Below, one piece after another: positions 25,201 to 38,000 of a stretch of DNA of 64,000 nucleotides. This DNA comes from Raillietiella orientalis (taxonomy: Eukaryota): positions 930,001 to 994,000 of the forward strand of contig JAYWIR010000023.1 of assembly GCA_036172245.1 (NCBI GenBank), given 5' to 3'. The notes under the pieces are model-generated. The model had not been told where the DNA came from and did no database searches. It worked only from the letters and a program-made list of their open reading frames with translations. Position 1 is the first letter of the stretch; each line of letters opens with the position of its first letter. Position numbers and translations under genes: made by a program.

Positions 25201-28200
25201 GCCGGGACTCTTCCTTTTCTGCCTTTCTTCCTGTCTGCAGCGCTCCTTCCTCCCAGGACGACTCATCCACCCCTCAGGGATGGAGCGAAGCTTAGGGAAC
25301 GCCACCTCAGGGGATGAGACGGATGGGAGGGACCTACTCCCTTCTTCCCGAGGGGCGTTCTCCTTGTTTTTTCACAAGGAGGGTGGGTGATCTACTTCCC
25401 CTGCTGCCGCCTAATTCCCCTGCTTCCGCGCCAGAACTCCGGATGTCCCTTCGATCTTTCTCCCTCAGCGTTCCCAGGGACGAGGTGCTCGGGAGAGGTC
25501 GGCCTCTTCCCTTTGGGAGAAGGGGCGAAGGAGATGGTCAGTCGATCGCCTTTCTCCCGGGCGTTCCTCCTTGCTCCACTGCGGCCCCGGGAGGAGTTCC
25601 TCCTTCGCGGCAGCCGAAGGGAGTCCAGGAGAGCAGGGTGAAGCAGGGCGGAGGAGGAGGAGGGAGGAAGGCCGCAATAGATTCCCCCCTCCTCCTCCCC
25701 GGGGCGTCCCTCTGCGTGGGTGACGGCGCCCCTGGGGTCGTCCATGGTTCTCCGGAATGGTGCGGGCGGGTCCCTCCTGTGCCGGAACCTGAGTGCGCGC
25801 CGCCTTCTGTCTCGTTCCGCCGCCGCTGCTGACCGCCCGCACCGCGGCGGCGCCCGCCGCCGGTGGAGGGCGAGGTTGCCGCTGGCCGCCGCAGCGTGGC
25901 ACGCGCACCCCGCTCGTCAGTGCGCGCCTGCCGAGGAGACCGTCTGCCGGGACCTCTCGTGGCTGCTGGAAAAAGGTAAGCGATCCCTCGCCGCGCCTTT
26001 CCGTGAAGAGGGGGAAGGGAGGGAGGGAAGGGAACGGGAGTGGGCCATCGCGCGGGCACTAAGACTTGCCCTCGGGACGCCGGGGGAAGAGGAGGAGGGG
26101 GAGAGGTCGCTGCCGCCGGCCTCGACCTCCTGACAGCAGCGGCTGGAAGGAGCGCTTGCCCTGAGTGGACGAGGGACGGTGATGGGCGGGGGGAGAGGGG
26201 GAAAGAGAGAGGGGGGGGGGGAGGGAGGAAAGGCGAGACCAGCAGGTCGCAGCTTCCTCCAATCCACTGCGCACGGGGAGTCGTCCAAACTGACTGGCAG
26301 GGCAGATGAAGCGAACCCCCCTCTTCTCCTCCTCATTACTCGGGGACACATGCTCGCGGCCGCGGGTTACTCCCTGGTATCATTCCCTGTTTCTGTGTTT
26401 CGAGAGCCCTCTCTTCGGCACCAGTCCCCGGGAGCAGCGGTGGGGCGGGAGGAGAGCAAATCGATCGAGGGAATCTTCTCCCTTGTTTCCCCATCCCCTC
26501 CGCCCACCAGACAAAACAAGCAGCGGAAATGCCAGACGCCTTACAGAGACCAACTGACGCTTCCGGTAGACAGAGGAAGTCGTTTTTAGCGCGCGTCGCC
26601 AGAAGCAATGAGATTCTTCCCCTCACCTCTTCTTCCCCACGGCGTGTCTTGGGCACCGCCTCCTCTTTCCGCCCTGCCTAGTACCGGGGCTGAGTGCCTT
26701 CGGACCACTCCGCTCGACAGGAGAACCCTCTCCGGGGGGCTACACCCTTTCTCCACTTTCTCCGCGAATCCTCGGATCAGGCCACACCTCGAAGAGACTG
26801 CTCGGTGGGCCGACTGCTAAGCTCCTCGGAGCGCTCGCGCGCGCGCGAAGCAGAGGCTCCTTGGCGGGAAGCCGGGCTCTTCCGTCTTGGGAGGACACCT
26901 CGTCACCCGCTCTCTCCCCCGCTCCTCATTCCGAACGCGAGGGACTCTCGTGCAACCTCTCCCGCGGGCTTCCGGGAGGCACGTGCCCTTCTCGTGACCC
27001 CTCCGCGAAGAGTCTCGAGAGGAACAGCGCTGGTCGACCGCCACCATCGCCCCTCCTCCCATCTCTTTCGGGCTCACCCATTTCCGGCATCGTTCTGCCA
27101 GCCAGTTCGCCTTGCTCTCCTCCTTCCTGACCCGGAGATGCCTCGGGCGCGGCTCGAGGCATCTCGGGCCGCGCGAGAGACTCGCCCTCACTCCGAGTCA
27201 CCAGGTTTCCAATCTCCCGGGAAACGTCGTTTCCCTTGCCTGCTTCCGGGACCCTGCTTGCCTGCTCCTCCCACCTCACTCTCTCCGAACCGCACCCTGC
27301 TGCCTTGGGGCGCTCGGGGGGAAGAGAGAGATGTCTGTTGACTCCATCCCCCCTCGTGAGCCGTGCCAGGAGAGTCGGCAGGTCGGGATACGTGTGAGAC
27401 TCGGTACTTTCCCGGACCCTCCTCGCGAGTGGACCCCGGGTCCTCCCTCGAGTCTCGGAGTGACGGAGGCGAAGCTCCGCTGCGTGATAAAACGTGGGAG
27501 GGAGGGGTTGGAGAAGGAGAAGAAGATCGACTCCTCCAGAGATTTACGTCGAGGTGTTCTGAAAGTGTTCTGAGCTGCGCCGTTACCGTGGCGTGCGACG
27601 CTTGACCGGGAAGTATCACCAAAGCTACGAGATGGTGTGTGTGTCTCCTCCTCCTCTTCTTCACGCCCTGAATCCCTGAGATGCGACCTTTTCTGTAACG
27701 GATGATTTCTCGAGCGCCGTGATATGCGCGCATCTCCTCTCCCTCGGCCCATCATCCAGAAGACTCTTGAGACCGGGCCATAATTCATTTGGAGCTTTCT
27801 CGAAGCAGAACGCGGTGCTCCTGAGGTGCTGACAGCATGACCCCAGCGTGACCTGATGCGAGCGAGTTCGCGCTTCCGTCCGCCTCCGGAACGAGGACCA
27901 CTTGGGACTCCGCACCCCCTTTTTCTACTCCTCCTCCTCCACCGCCACCAGCAGATTCCGTGGATGCGGGTCGACTGGAAAATTCTCGGCGCTCTTCTCG
28001 CCCCGATGGTCTGAACGAGCCTGCGTTCTTTGCATGCTGTTCTCCCTAGGCGACCGCCATGCTCTTGATTCGCGAGAGCACACGGGGAGTAACGCAGCAA
28101 GGAGCGTGCAGATAATCGCTGCCGACCACCGGTCGCGTGTGTCCAATATGCCAATCCTTGAAGAAGCTGCAGAATCGTTAACCAAGAGAGGGAGAGAGAG

Positions 28201-30000
28201 AAATAGGAGGAGGATCATCGAGATGTCCCCCTCCCCTCCTTGCTTTGCGATGTCTCAAGTCGAGCATCGCAAGGCAGCCACAGCAGTTCGCTCCGAAGAA
28301 GTGAGCGTCTTTGGCAGAGGAGAAGAGGTCAGACTTCGAGATTCGTTTCTAAAATTAGAAGTAGACGACTGCCATGTAGGCCAGTCTTCGATTCAAACTC
28401 GGGTGCAGGGATCCCCTGAGGGCATGGGGGAACATCTCGTGGAAACGCGCGTGGCGCCTTGAACAGGCGTGCAAAGGGAGCGGCACGCACTTCTCGCGCT
28501 CCTCTAACTGGGAGGTGCGAATCCTCCAGATCGGAAGAACACACTCTCTTTATAGCACAGTCTCCTGCCTGCGTTCGACTGAAAGAGCACTGGTGATCGA
28601 GATGCAGATCGCGTTGAGCCGATGGCATGGGTGCCGGATGAATCTTCCCGGCTTCCGGTTCTTTCCCGGTAGAATGAACCGAACTCTGTACCTTGGGTTG
28701 TTTGCATACAAGATGCGTAAACGCACGCACGCGGATCGTCGTGGATTTTTGATGTTGCGCCGCTGAGCATTGCGCGCGTTGAGGTAAACACGAGGAGGCT
28801 TTGGGAAACACCGCTCCGCGCCTGTTGCCATGACAGGATGCCGCGAACTATCTTGGCGGACCCTCCTTGGCTCCGAGTAGCTCGCGAAACCAGCCAGACC
28901 AAACGAGCGGGCCAACCAAGCCGGGTGAATAAGGAACGGCCTTTCCTTCGAGGTTTTCTCTCATCGAGAACGGACAGGAGAGCGCGTTTCTCTGGAAACG
29001 TTTCGCCTCTCCGTAAGCCAGGGGGGACACCGGGGGAAGAGGAAGGGGGACGGATCCGAGAGAAGAAGCTTCCTGTTTGTGAATGAATCGATCACGCACG
29101 CGGATCGGAACTTTGCAACAGATCGGACGTCGAATTCGCTTCATGCTGTCATTCACTTGCAGCATCGATGGTCCAACCGGATCGGTTGTGGACCACAAGC
29201 GGGAACGATGCCGGGCATGAAATGATCTGAAAAATAACAAAAATTCACCGCGTTTCCGATTTCCAGTGATGTTTCATCATACGAGTCACACGTCTTGGTT
29301 GCCAGTATGCCTGGATTTGGAATCCGTTCTTTCACCATGTCATTTGCGATGCACTGAATGTCTCCAGCACCAGGTCAGAGTCACATCCGCCTCATCAATC
29401 AGTCCGCACACACCCGTAATACTCGTCCTTTCTGATGTCCACAGACGACAGGTCCACAGACTTATTTTCGGTAGCCGCAGGTTCCCGTGTGAATTTTCGG
29501 TTGCCTGCTCTTAGAGAAGAACCTCCAGGGACCCGTTTCTCCTCGGCTCCGTTCACTCCTCATCCATACCATTCATTATGGATTGATCGTTCTTTGCCTC
29601 CTCCTCTTGTTGCTTTCCTCTTACCGTCGTCGTCGTGAAACAAAACATCTGGTCGTCTTCACCCCAAACTGCTCCGGCGAGGAAATATTCCCTTTCCTCC
29701 ACCTAACCTGTCATTTTCCGCGTGGAATTTCACAGGAATCTCGGATTCTCGGAGCTTGTTTCCCGAGAGAAGCTGAGCTCTGCAGCCCGCGGAATTTTCA
29801 TCTTGTTCCCTCCGTTCGTTGCCGGGTCGAGAAGTGTCGAGCGGAGCGGCTCGAACGGGACTCGAGACGGAACGGGATCCAGCGTTCTCTCGCGCATCTT
29901 TGCGAGTGTAGCGTAGAAGAAGCGTAGAAGTTCGTCATCCTTCCTCCCAGACTGCATTGTGTTGGCAAGAAGCGATCGTCGCTTCACTTGACATTTCTGT
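22300..30000. other. GC/CpG-rich domain with no recognisable host coding exon
   Basis: Visibly much higher GC and CpG content, with dense G/C and GA/CT runs, than the AT-rich 2-17 kb. The many overlapping Arg/Pro/Gly-rich ORFs are a composition effect. Boundaries approximate. Confidence 0.7.
28550..28760 (-). mobile_element. Possible fossil LINE APE endonuclease N-terminus
   Basis: LRILYANN (28697-28720; cf. LxIxxxNxxG) followed about 30 aa later by NAICISIT (28592-28612; cf. DIICISET) within ORF 28550-28915. Confidence 0.25.
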
Positions 30001-32783
30001 ATTCCGTTAGGAGTGGATGGGCAGGAGCGAGACGCGTCACCGGGATGTTCAATCTCGCGGAGAACACAGAGAAACGCAAGGAGCAGTCTCCCGAACGAAG
30101 GGAGGTTCCTCTCGAAAAGGAAGGCACGGATTTCCGGTTCTTCGAATCTTGCACTGCTTCCAGTACTCCATTTCTGTCGCGAAAACGCGTGTCAAATCTA
30201 AAATGTTCGGCGGAAGACGTTTGGAAGACGAGCCTGCTTCGCCGACCAACACTTGCTGGTGCAGATGGCTTCCGAGCACAGGGTGCACTCCCTCACAACC
30301 TTGCAACCAAGTGTTCAGGATGTGTGTCTTTCCGGTCCGCGCAGTTTTCAAAGGAAATTCAAGGAGCGAGCGTACTCCTCTCCCCTCACTGCATCGCAAA
30401 AGAGGTGTGGAGGCGTGACCACGTGACATTCGGGCCGGCTCTCCAGGGAACCGTCTTGAGAGTTTGCCAACGTACTCGTTTTCAGATTACACATGGGCTC
30501 ATGAGTTTCGGAAGCACGGGAGCTACACGTGTGCTTTCCTATGTGATCGAGTGTATATTTGGTGCGCGCGTTTCTAATCTTTCCAACCTTTTTGTTTGCA
30601 TGCCAAGGGCGACATCGATTCGTGAGGACACCGCCAACAGCATTTTCGGCCTTCCTAACTGACCTTCCATCCACGGAAGGCATCCCATGAATCACTCCCG
30701 TTCCCTGTTTAATGTTCACGTAGGATTGAACGACATCAAGAACACGTTTCCGACGCAGACGAAGGGAATGCTCGAGTTTGCTAAGATGTCATCAAAGCCC
30801 TCTTGCACCGAGAAGTTCAGTCTCTTTTGTAGGGCACAGCGAGCATCATCGAAGCACGGGAAGATGTGCACACCTTTTGATGGCTTTGCTTTTCGTTCCT
30901 GCTTTGTTCGTTGCATATTTCTTGCTTCCTGGGAAGAAGTTATTCGCTGGCCTCATGAGCCTTCATTCCGACACCCGTGCGGATGGATGTCCTCACCAAT
31001 AACGTTTTCTCCCTCGATATTATCTGTAGCAAAGGTGAGGCGTTCCGCATCTTTGAATGCCGGTTTCGATCCGTGAGAATTTTCAACCTCTAAGGAATCA
31101 AGGACTCCACCCAGAAATCAAAAATAAAGGCAACATCTCTTGGAACCGCAATCAAGAATAAAAATGGCATCTCTTGAAAAAAAAAAAAAAAAAAAACACG
31201 CAAACAGGAAGTACGAAAGTTGAGCAGAATTTTGCGACAAACATAGAAGAGGAAAAGGTCCGTTTCCTGGTTATGAAAGTTCAGGAAGCCATCAGGGATG
31301 GGTAAATCAAAAGTCTGCTTCTAACTCTAGGAAGCATATCCAGGAATGCATTTTCCTCTTTTTTTTTTTTTTGGAGTTTAGCCATCACGAGAAACGGGGC
31401 ACTCCCCAGAATTATCCATCGTGATTCCGGCTCGCGTTTTTCCTTTTTTTTTTTTTTTTTAGAAACGAATACGAAAACAAATTCTGTACTGTACAATCAT
31501 TGTGCAAATGAGGGGTTCTTTTGTCACTCCGGAGTGCCTCTGGGTTACGCCTCGGTCATTTGCGCGGTTTCGTTTCAGAGCATCAGACGTCCTCTGTGAC
31601 TGCCTCTGTACCTCGGAAAATCGATTACTGCTATTCACTTTCAATGAATTGAAATTTTCTTCTCGGACAAGATGCACTTCGTTTGCATCGGTGTCTTCCT
31701 TTGGACAGCTTTCTTTGAATCCGAAGCTGTTTGTCGCTCATGGACGATGCGGGAATAAGCATCTTTACAGATGAGAGATTTTTTTTAAGAAAAAAAAAAA
31801 AAAAACTGACAAGGGACTTCAAAGGGATGATGGAATGCGAAAACATCCATTACTTTAGAAAGATGCTCTTGGATTCTTCGCTGACAATCCCTGAAAAAAT
31901 GAAGGAAAGATTTCCTTCATTTTTCCCTATTGCCTCCAAACGCGTTCAGCTTCCTGATCTTTGCTCGAGTTTTTGCCCGAGTTTTCGATCCGCCAGAAAG
32001 AACTCCAGAAATCGTCCTTGGGAAGGATGCATAGGCAAGAAATCTGTTGTAAAGGACGAATAAAGTTCGGACGATTCCATTTTCCCTAACCCGCTTTTCG
32101 AGCATCCAGGGTTGCCATTTCTAATTTGCTCGACTGAAAGGAAAAGGAAAAATGGTCGGTGCTAACAGCCAGGAATTTTCTTTCTTTTTTTTTTTTCCCC
32201 CTGGCTGTTAGCATCACTTCCTATCGAAGTCCAAACTGTAAGGTTTCGGCTGAGCTGGTGGGTTCGGCTCCATGCCTCTTCCTGTCATTTTCGAGTAGCT
32301 ACTCGGGAAATCCCAAACAAAATCTTTTGCAAATTATTGTGCACTGAAGACCTGGGGGCTAGGCGTCCCGGGCTTCATCCGCTGAAAAACCCTCCTTCAG
32401 CATGAGCTCGGTGTCTGTAATAAGGAAACGGGCTTTTCCTCAGTGAGTCCCCATTTCGATTTCCATGTCCAGAAAGTCTGCGAAGCCTTCACCCACACTA
32501 CCTTACCTACTATTATTCTGATTTCCTAACGGTAGGGGTTCAGTCCATAATGGTCAGGTTGGTAACCGTGGTCAGCCAACCCGAAGGACTCATGCTGCTG
32601 GGATCTGAAAGGTTTGGGAGTAGCGGGAGGAATCGAAGGCCCCACGAGTAGCCACGGACGTCTCAATGTCCTTCCTTATGAAGCAACAAAAAACGTGGGC
32701 CCTTTGAACAATGGTCGTGTTCTTGAATTCACCGACAATGAAGTTCCATTTCTTTCGAGGGCCCATGATGCCCATGTTTTTGC

Positions 32784-32860
32784 TACATATATATTTATGT
32801 ACGTATATATGTATATATATATATATATGTGTGTATGTGTGTGTGTGTATGTGTGTGTGT
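32784..32860. repeat. Compound (TA)n/(TG)n microsatellite
   Basis: tacatatatatttatgtacgtatatatgtatatatatatatatatgtgtgtatgtgtgtgtgtgtatgtgtgtgtgt. Confidence 0.95.
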
Positions 32861-35099
32861 CATGTTGCAACTACTTTAAAGATTTCCCTGTTGGAAAAAG
32901 CTTTTCTTTGCCCTTCTTCTAAAAAATCTTAAACTGATGATGCCTAGGCTTGCTTTTGGATCGAATTTCACGGATTGATAGACAGTGCACGAGACAAGAT
33001 TCCAGTGGTTCAGGGAAGCTGAGAAGTAGGAACTGACCGGTAAGAAACCAAGAGGGACAAACTGATCGCGAAGGAGCAACATTGGCCTCTAAGAACTCTG
33101 CAGATTTATTCCTTTGGAGGGAATCGATGAGAGACACACGTGACTGAAATGCAATCGCATCAGTGATGATACCGCATGCACGATCTCCGTTGCGAGTTGC
33201 ATGCAGCTGTGGGCAGACCGGTTTACTGTGCTAAGGTCCATTTGTGTGGACCTCCTAGAGAATCCCAATGTAAGAATCATTGCGTTGCTCTCCGTCACTG
33301 TCCGCGATTCAGCTGTGTGGAAAAAGTGAAACTGAGGACGAATAATGATTCAGTTAGGTGGAAGGCTGCAAAGTGAACGTTCGTAAGTAGTGAAAGAACC
33401 GGAATGAAGGATTATTTAGCACTTTGGGTTGTCATTTGCTGTCGTGATCGGTCTGTCAACCCGAGTCGATTGAGAAAACTGGATCTTCCTCAGCAGCCGA
33501 CGAGCTCCCGCACGAAGTGGAACCTGAAGACGTGCATCTACTGTTGCACTCCTAGTTTTCCAAGATCAAAGAACAAAGAACTCGTACCTCAGTTGATAAT
33601 GAATCGCAGCATAACAAATACAAGGACAACATAACAAGTACCTAGGTCCCCAGATTTGCAAAAAAACAAAAGAAAAATCTGGCAGATGTACGAAATCAGG
33701 TGGAAACAAAGAGGATGGAATTTACTCGTATGTGCTTGTTCGCAGAATCAGAACCGATGCGTTCTTGTAAAACCTGCGTTCCCCCCTCCCATTCCCTGGC
33801 ATTTTTCCTGAAAATGTATTGCGATCGTCCAAAAATTGATGATGCAAACTGCATTTCATATATTGCAGCTGTTCTATGCACGTTTCATAGAAGGATGCAT
33901 AAGGAAAGAATACCTGATTCGTCATCATCAAGGTAGATACCTCAAAGAGTAGCGCATATTTTTTTCATCCGTGCCCTGAGATTCAGAGGGCAAGAGAAGA
34001 TTTGCTGATGTGTATGTGTGTGAAGCAGTAGAAGCGCGCAGTTTGTAAAAAGTAATTCCTTGCGGCGCGAGCTGAGGCTGACTGGAAACATCCTGCAACT
34101 GAGTCTGATGGAATTTCGGTTCGGATTATTTTCTGCTCGAATGCTCGGTCCAGATGGTGATGCTCGGCTTGTTGACAAGGTGGGAATGGTGATCTGAACT
34201 TCAGCTTTGATTTTAACGAACGAGAAGTGGATCATCCAGGGTGATTTCCGTACGAAGAGAGTGAAGGTCTTGACATGGCTACCAACTCAGAAGAATGCGC
34301 GATTTAACCTTTTCGTGAATTCCGATGTAGTGAGGATTTGACCCTCGAGATCTAGGCATCGAATTCCTCCCCCTTCGTTAACGATAAAGTTTATGCTCAC
34401 CATTCTCATCAGCGATAGCCGCTGACACGACATTCATGAATCTGGAAAACCACGAGACCACTGGCTGCATTCAATCTACAAATAATTCATATTATTCCAG
34501 TGAGCTGTATAAAAAATATTATACATAATTGTGCTATTTATATGGCTTGAGCTAGATTTTAGGTTCCGCGAATAAAGTTCTTAGAGTAAACCGGTTTCGC
34601 TAACACGAATGGATATGTAGAACGAGTGAACACGCGGCGGGAAGGGTTTCCAAAGCGACCAGGGCAAAACGTGAAAATCAGTGGAAACTTGAGAATCTTC
34701 CTTCTCAGTAAGGGACATCTCGCGCAGCCCCATTTATTATATACCACGATATTTTTTTTTTTTTTTTGGGGGGGGGGGGGGGCAGTCGGAAAGAGGAGTG
34801 TGGCTTGTTTGTCAAGGGAGCCGCTAAGCTTCCAGTCAAGAAGAGTTTCGCTCTTTTCCACGCTGCATTCACACGTGTTGCGTGTGTTTTCCGTTTATGG
34901 TTCCAGTCTCGAATGCGAGTTTGCTGGAAATATAAATTTTTTTTCGATCGATCGATCCAATTCATTTTTTTTCACCGCTCGAACTGGTTTTCTTCCCTCT
35001 GACGTAAATTTGTCGTGGCACGGTAAAGTTACCACAAGCAAGAGGTTCGTCTTCCCGGTGAGGATTCTTAATACTGATCACTCCGAACCATTTTCCTTT

Positions 35100-38000
35100 C
35101 TCAGCAGTATATAACATCATGAGTTGATGGATGCTTTCGTGCAGAGAGGGTCTCTCAATCCGTGGTCTTCGCCTGACGCTGTAACTGCTGAATAAGCTGG
35201 TATTCAAAAGGGGGGTTTGCTCTTTATGAAGATGATATGTAGCATTTTCATAATCCTTGGCGACACGGATTCGGGATGTTGAATATGACGGAGTGAAATA
35301 ACGAGCTACTTAATGCATGAATCATGAAGTGTGGGGCAGTATCTAATGGATCGATTTTGACATCTAGGGTTCATTCTTTGCTGCATTTAGAGGATGAGAC
35401 TGTGTGCTTTTGGAACTCATGGTTTGTTAATGGCTGATGTAACGGGAATATCATCGAATGGTGTGAAGCTGTTGTCTAAAGAGAATGATAATTTTTTCTC
35501 TTTTTTAAATGTATATTCTTTTGATTCTTCAATATGGGGCGAGATAGAAAACGAAGAAAGTCGAGAGCATTGAAATTATTGTTTGACTCCATAAGAGCTC
35601 CACATCACTGCTGAATTAGACGTCAATGGAAAACATTTTTAATGGCTGCCTACTCAAATGGGTGGCCCCCATATGGTCTGAGGTTGGACCGGCGTAAGCC
35701 CAGAATGATCCTTATCTCCAGGTTGTATGAGATCCTGTTGCTTTGAAGCAATTAGGGAACTGAAATAAAGTTTTTCGCGTGCAAATCCTTAAAGAGTTGA
35801 TGATATGTGGATGAAGAGTGGATTGCTTGGCACAGAAGCGTCGTAATTCCGTAGCATTCTATCCTGAATCATGGGATACTTCGTTTCAAGATATCCAAGT
35901 ATCTACCAATTATCTCAAGGAAAACAAGAGTCCATAACGGACTCGAAAAAGAGCATCACAGGAGCGAACAAAAAGTCAACATGATGGATTCCAGTAGTCA
36001 GGATTTCTGATTTGGAAGAATATGTTGTAAGGTTCATAACAGCTATAGGCGAGATTGGGTTTGTGAGAAATTTTTCGTGCCAATGGAATAGATTATGCAA
36101 GGTCTCATCCGTGGATCGAGGTTGCGACTGTGTCTTTGAGGAGATTTCACGTAATTCCGGTTCGTATGCGTTAAGGTGGGCGCTGGTAAAGTGCCGCTTT
36201 CTCGCTTGAGAAGTTGATGTGAGCTCTTATAATCTCAATGATGGCTTGCATGTAAGAAGCAAGCTGCTCTGTAACTGATTATATTACTTACATCTGTGTT
36301 GCATCCTGATGAATTCTGTGTTCTGACACTTGGATTCGAAGCATGTTACCAATCTTAGAGGGGGAGGTTTCTTGGAAAAAAAAAAAAAAAAAAATCTGGA
36401 GACATGGACATGGTTCTAGGTCAGTAGCAAGGGTTATTGCACGCTGCTGGAAAGCCATTCATCTTTGTTTCGAAGAGTGGATTGCTAATGAAGAGATTGT
36501 AAGAGTATAATGGATGAAATAAGCGATTTTTGATTTTTGGCGTGGCTGTTTATGTGCTTTAGAAAGTCGTTAACGAGATTATATCGGATGGAATAGAAGA
36601 TTCATGTAATGATGGTCACTTGATTTTCGATAAGGATTCTTACAAGGATGAATTCTGTAAGACTCTATGGATATTCCTATTCTTAAAGTATACTGTTTTT
36701 TGAAAAAGAAAAATAGTCCCAGAAGTGTTCATGTGAAGATTTCAGAGGACTGTCTATAGATTTAGAAAAGTTACATGTTTGTCTGCGCATTCATCCTTAG
36801 ATTCCTCATGCCTTTGTGGACCGCAGTCTTTTTGTTTGGGGGTTGAGCAGTAGGGTTTCACCAGACCGGTGGATGGAAAAGCATCGGAACATTCTGGGAG
36901 CAATTGAAGTACTGCTGTCTCATCCCTGAAGCAGCGGCGGGTATCTTTCTTAGCAATTTTTCAAAACAAAGATACAGTGATGTGAGTATTCTCTGGGAAG
37001 ACTGTTAGGAAAAGTGTTGTGTGTCTTCTGCAGGGTGTTGCTTATGCTAACATTTCTCACAAATTGAAGTGAGTAAACATTCCATTGTCTGTGTGTAACG
37101 AATCCAGATTGTAGGTGGAAGTGTGCTACCTGGAATGGGTTTGCTTTCAGCGAAACTGCCGGTATATTTATAGGTGCCAAGACTTCAGTATAAACTCATG
37201 CTATCTTGCAAAGATGGGCGGTTTCTTGTAGATCACGAGTTCTTAGAAGGTTCGTGCTAAAATCCAAGAGGCTGCTGCTGTCTCCATTGTTCAAATTCTG
37301 TAATGGTGGTTAATGATAAATAATGATAGGTTCGGGGTTCACGAGAGGTATTTTTAAAGACTTCTGTGATTTCAAAAGGTGAAGCATAAGGGATGCCCTA
37401 TTATTCATTCAGTAGCCCGAATGCACTTGCGAATGCGACTCGTAGGTCACTGTGATCTTAGTTAAAAAGGCCGAGAAGTGATGGAGGTATGAAGAGGGAA
37501 AGCTGTGGGAAGCTGTTTTACTAACGATCACTTGTTGGGATGTTTACCGGGTTTGTTTCGTACGAATCCATTATCCATGAATGACTAGAAAGTCGTAGTA
37601 TCGATTCAGACACGGAGGGGCGTTGCATCATAGTTAAATATGGAGGTTCATGATGAACATTTATCTAACATACATTACCCGCTAAATCGACTGACGAGAT
37701 CGATGTGCATATCGGGTTGGAGGAGACGGAGGAGTGTGCCAAGACGGACAGACCGTGATGTTGTTCATCGGCAGTAACCACGTTCCTAGAAAGTTATCAC
37801 ATAGATACTTGAAGTAATACTAATGACTCGTGGTACATCTGAGCATGTACGAAGGGAAGAGCGATGTGAGAAAAGCTCAGGTATACGTTCAGTTTTATCC
37901 ATGCACGTGGATTGGGAATGGGTTTGCTTTCACATATCAATGAAACAAAGTAAGGAAGAACAGTGAGTGACTTGTGACGTAACAGCTAGTGATCTCATTT

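Noticed and set aside
27661..28218. Signal-peptide-like ORF (MILLLFLSLPLLV...) continuing in frame past a single TAG
   Set aside because: The hydrophobic start derives from a CT-rich low-complexity run; no family similarity or splice support for readthrough.
23039..28462. Many long overlapping ORFs (up to about 290 aa) in the first GC-rich domain
   Set aside because: Arg/Pro/Gly/Ser-rich, present in all six frames and without domain motifs; expected from stop-codon scarcity at high GC.
35640..35700. Minus-strand RPYGGHPFE resembling the GHP motif of mononegaviral L proteins
   Set aside because: No downstream RdRp motifs were found; the region fits a LINE ORF2 C-terminus better.
36085..36160. 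YVKSPQRHSRNLDPRMRPCII resembling the copia integrase C-terminal KLDPR..CIF motif
   Set aside because: No copia RT or LTRs adjacent; the position fits the LINE RPxxxY motif downstream of the RT remnants.
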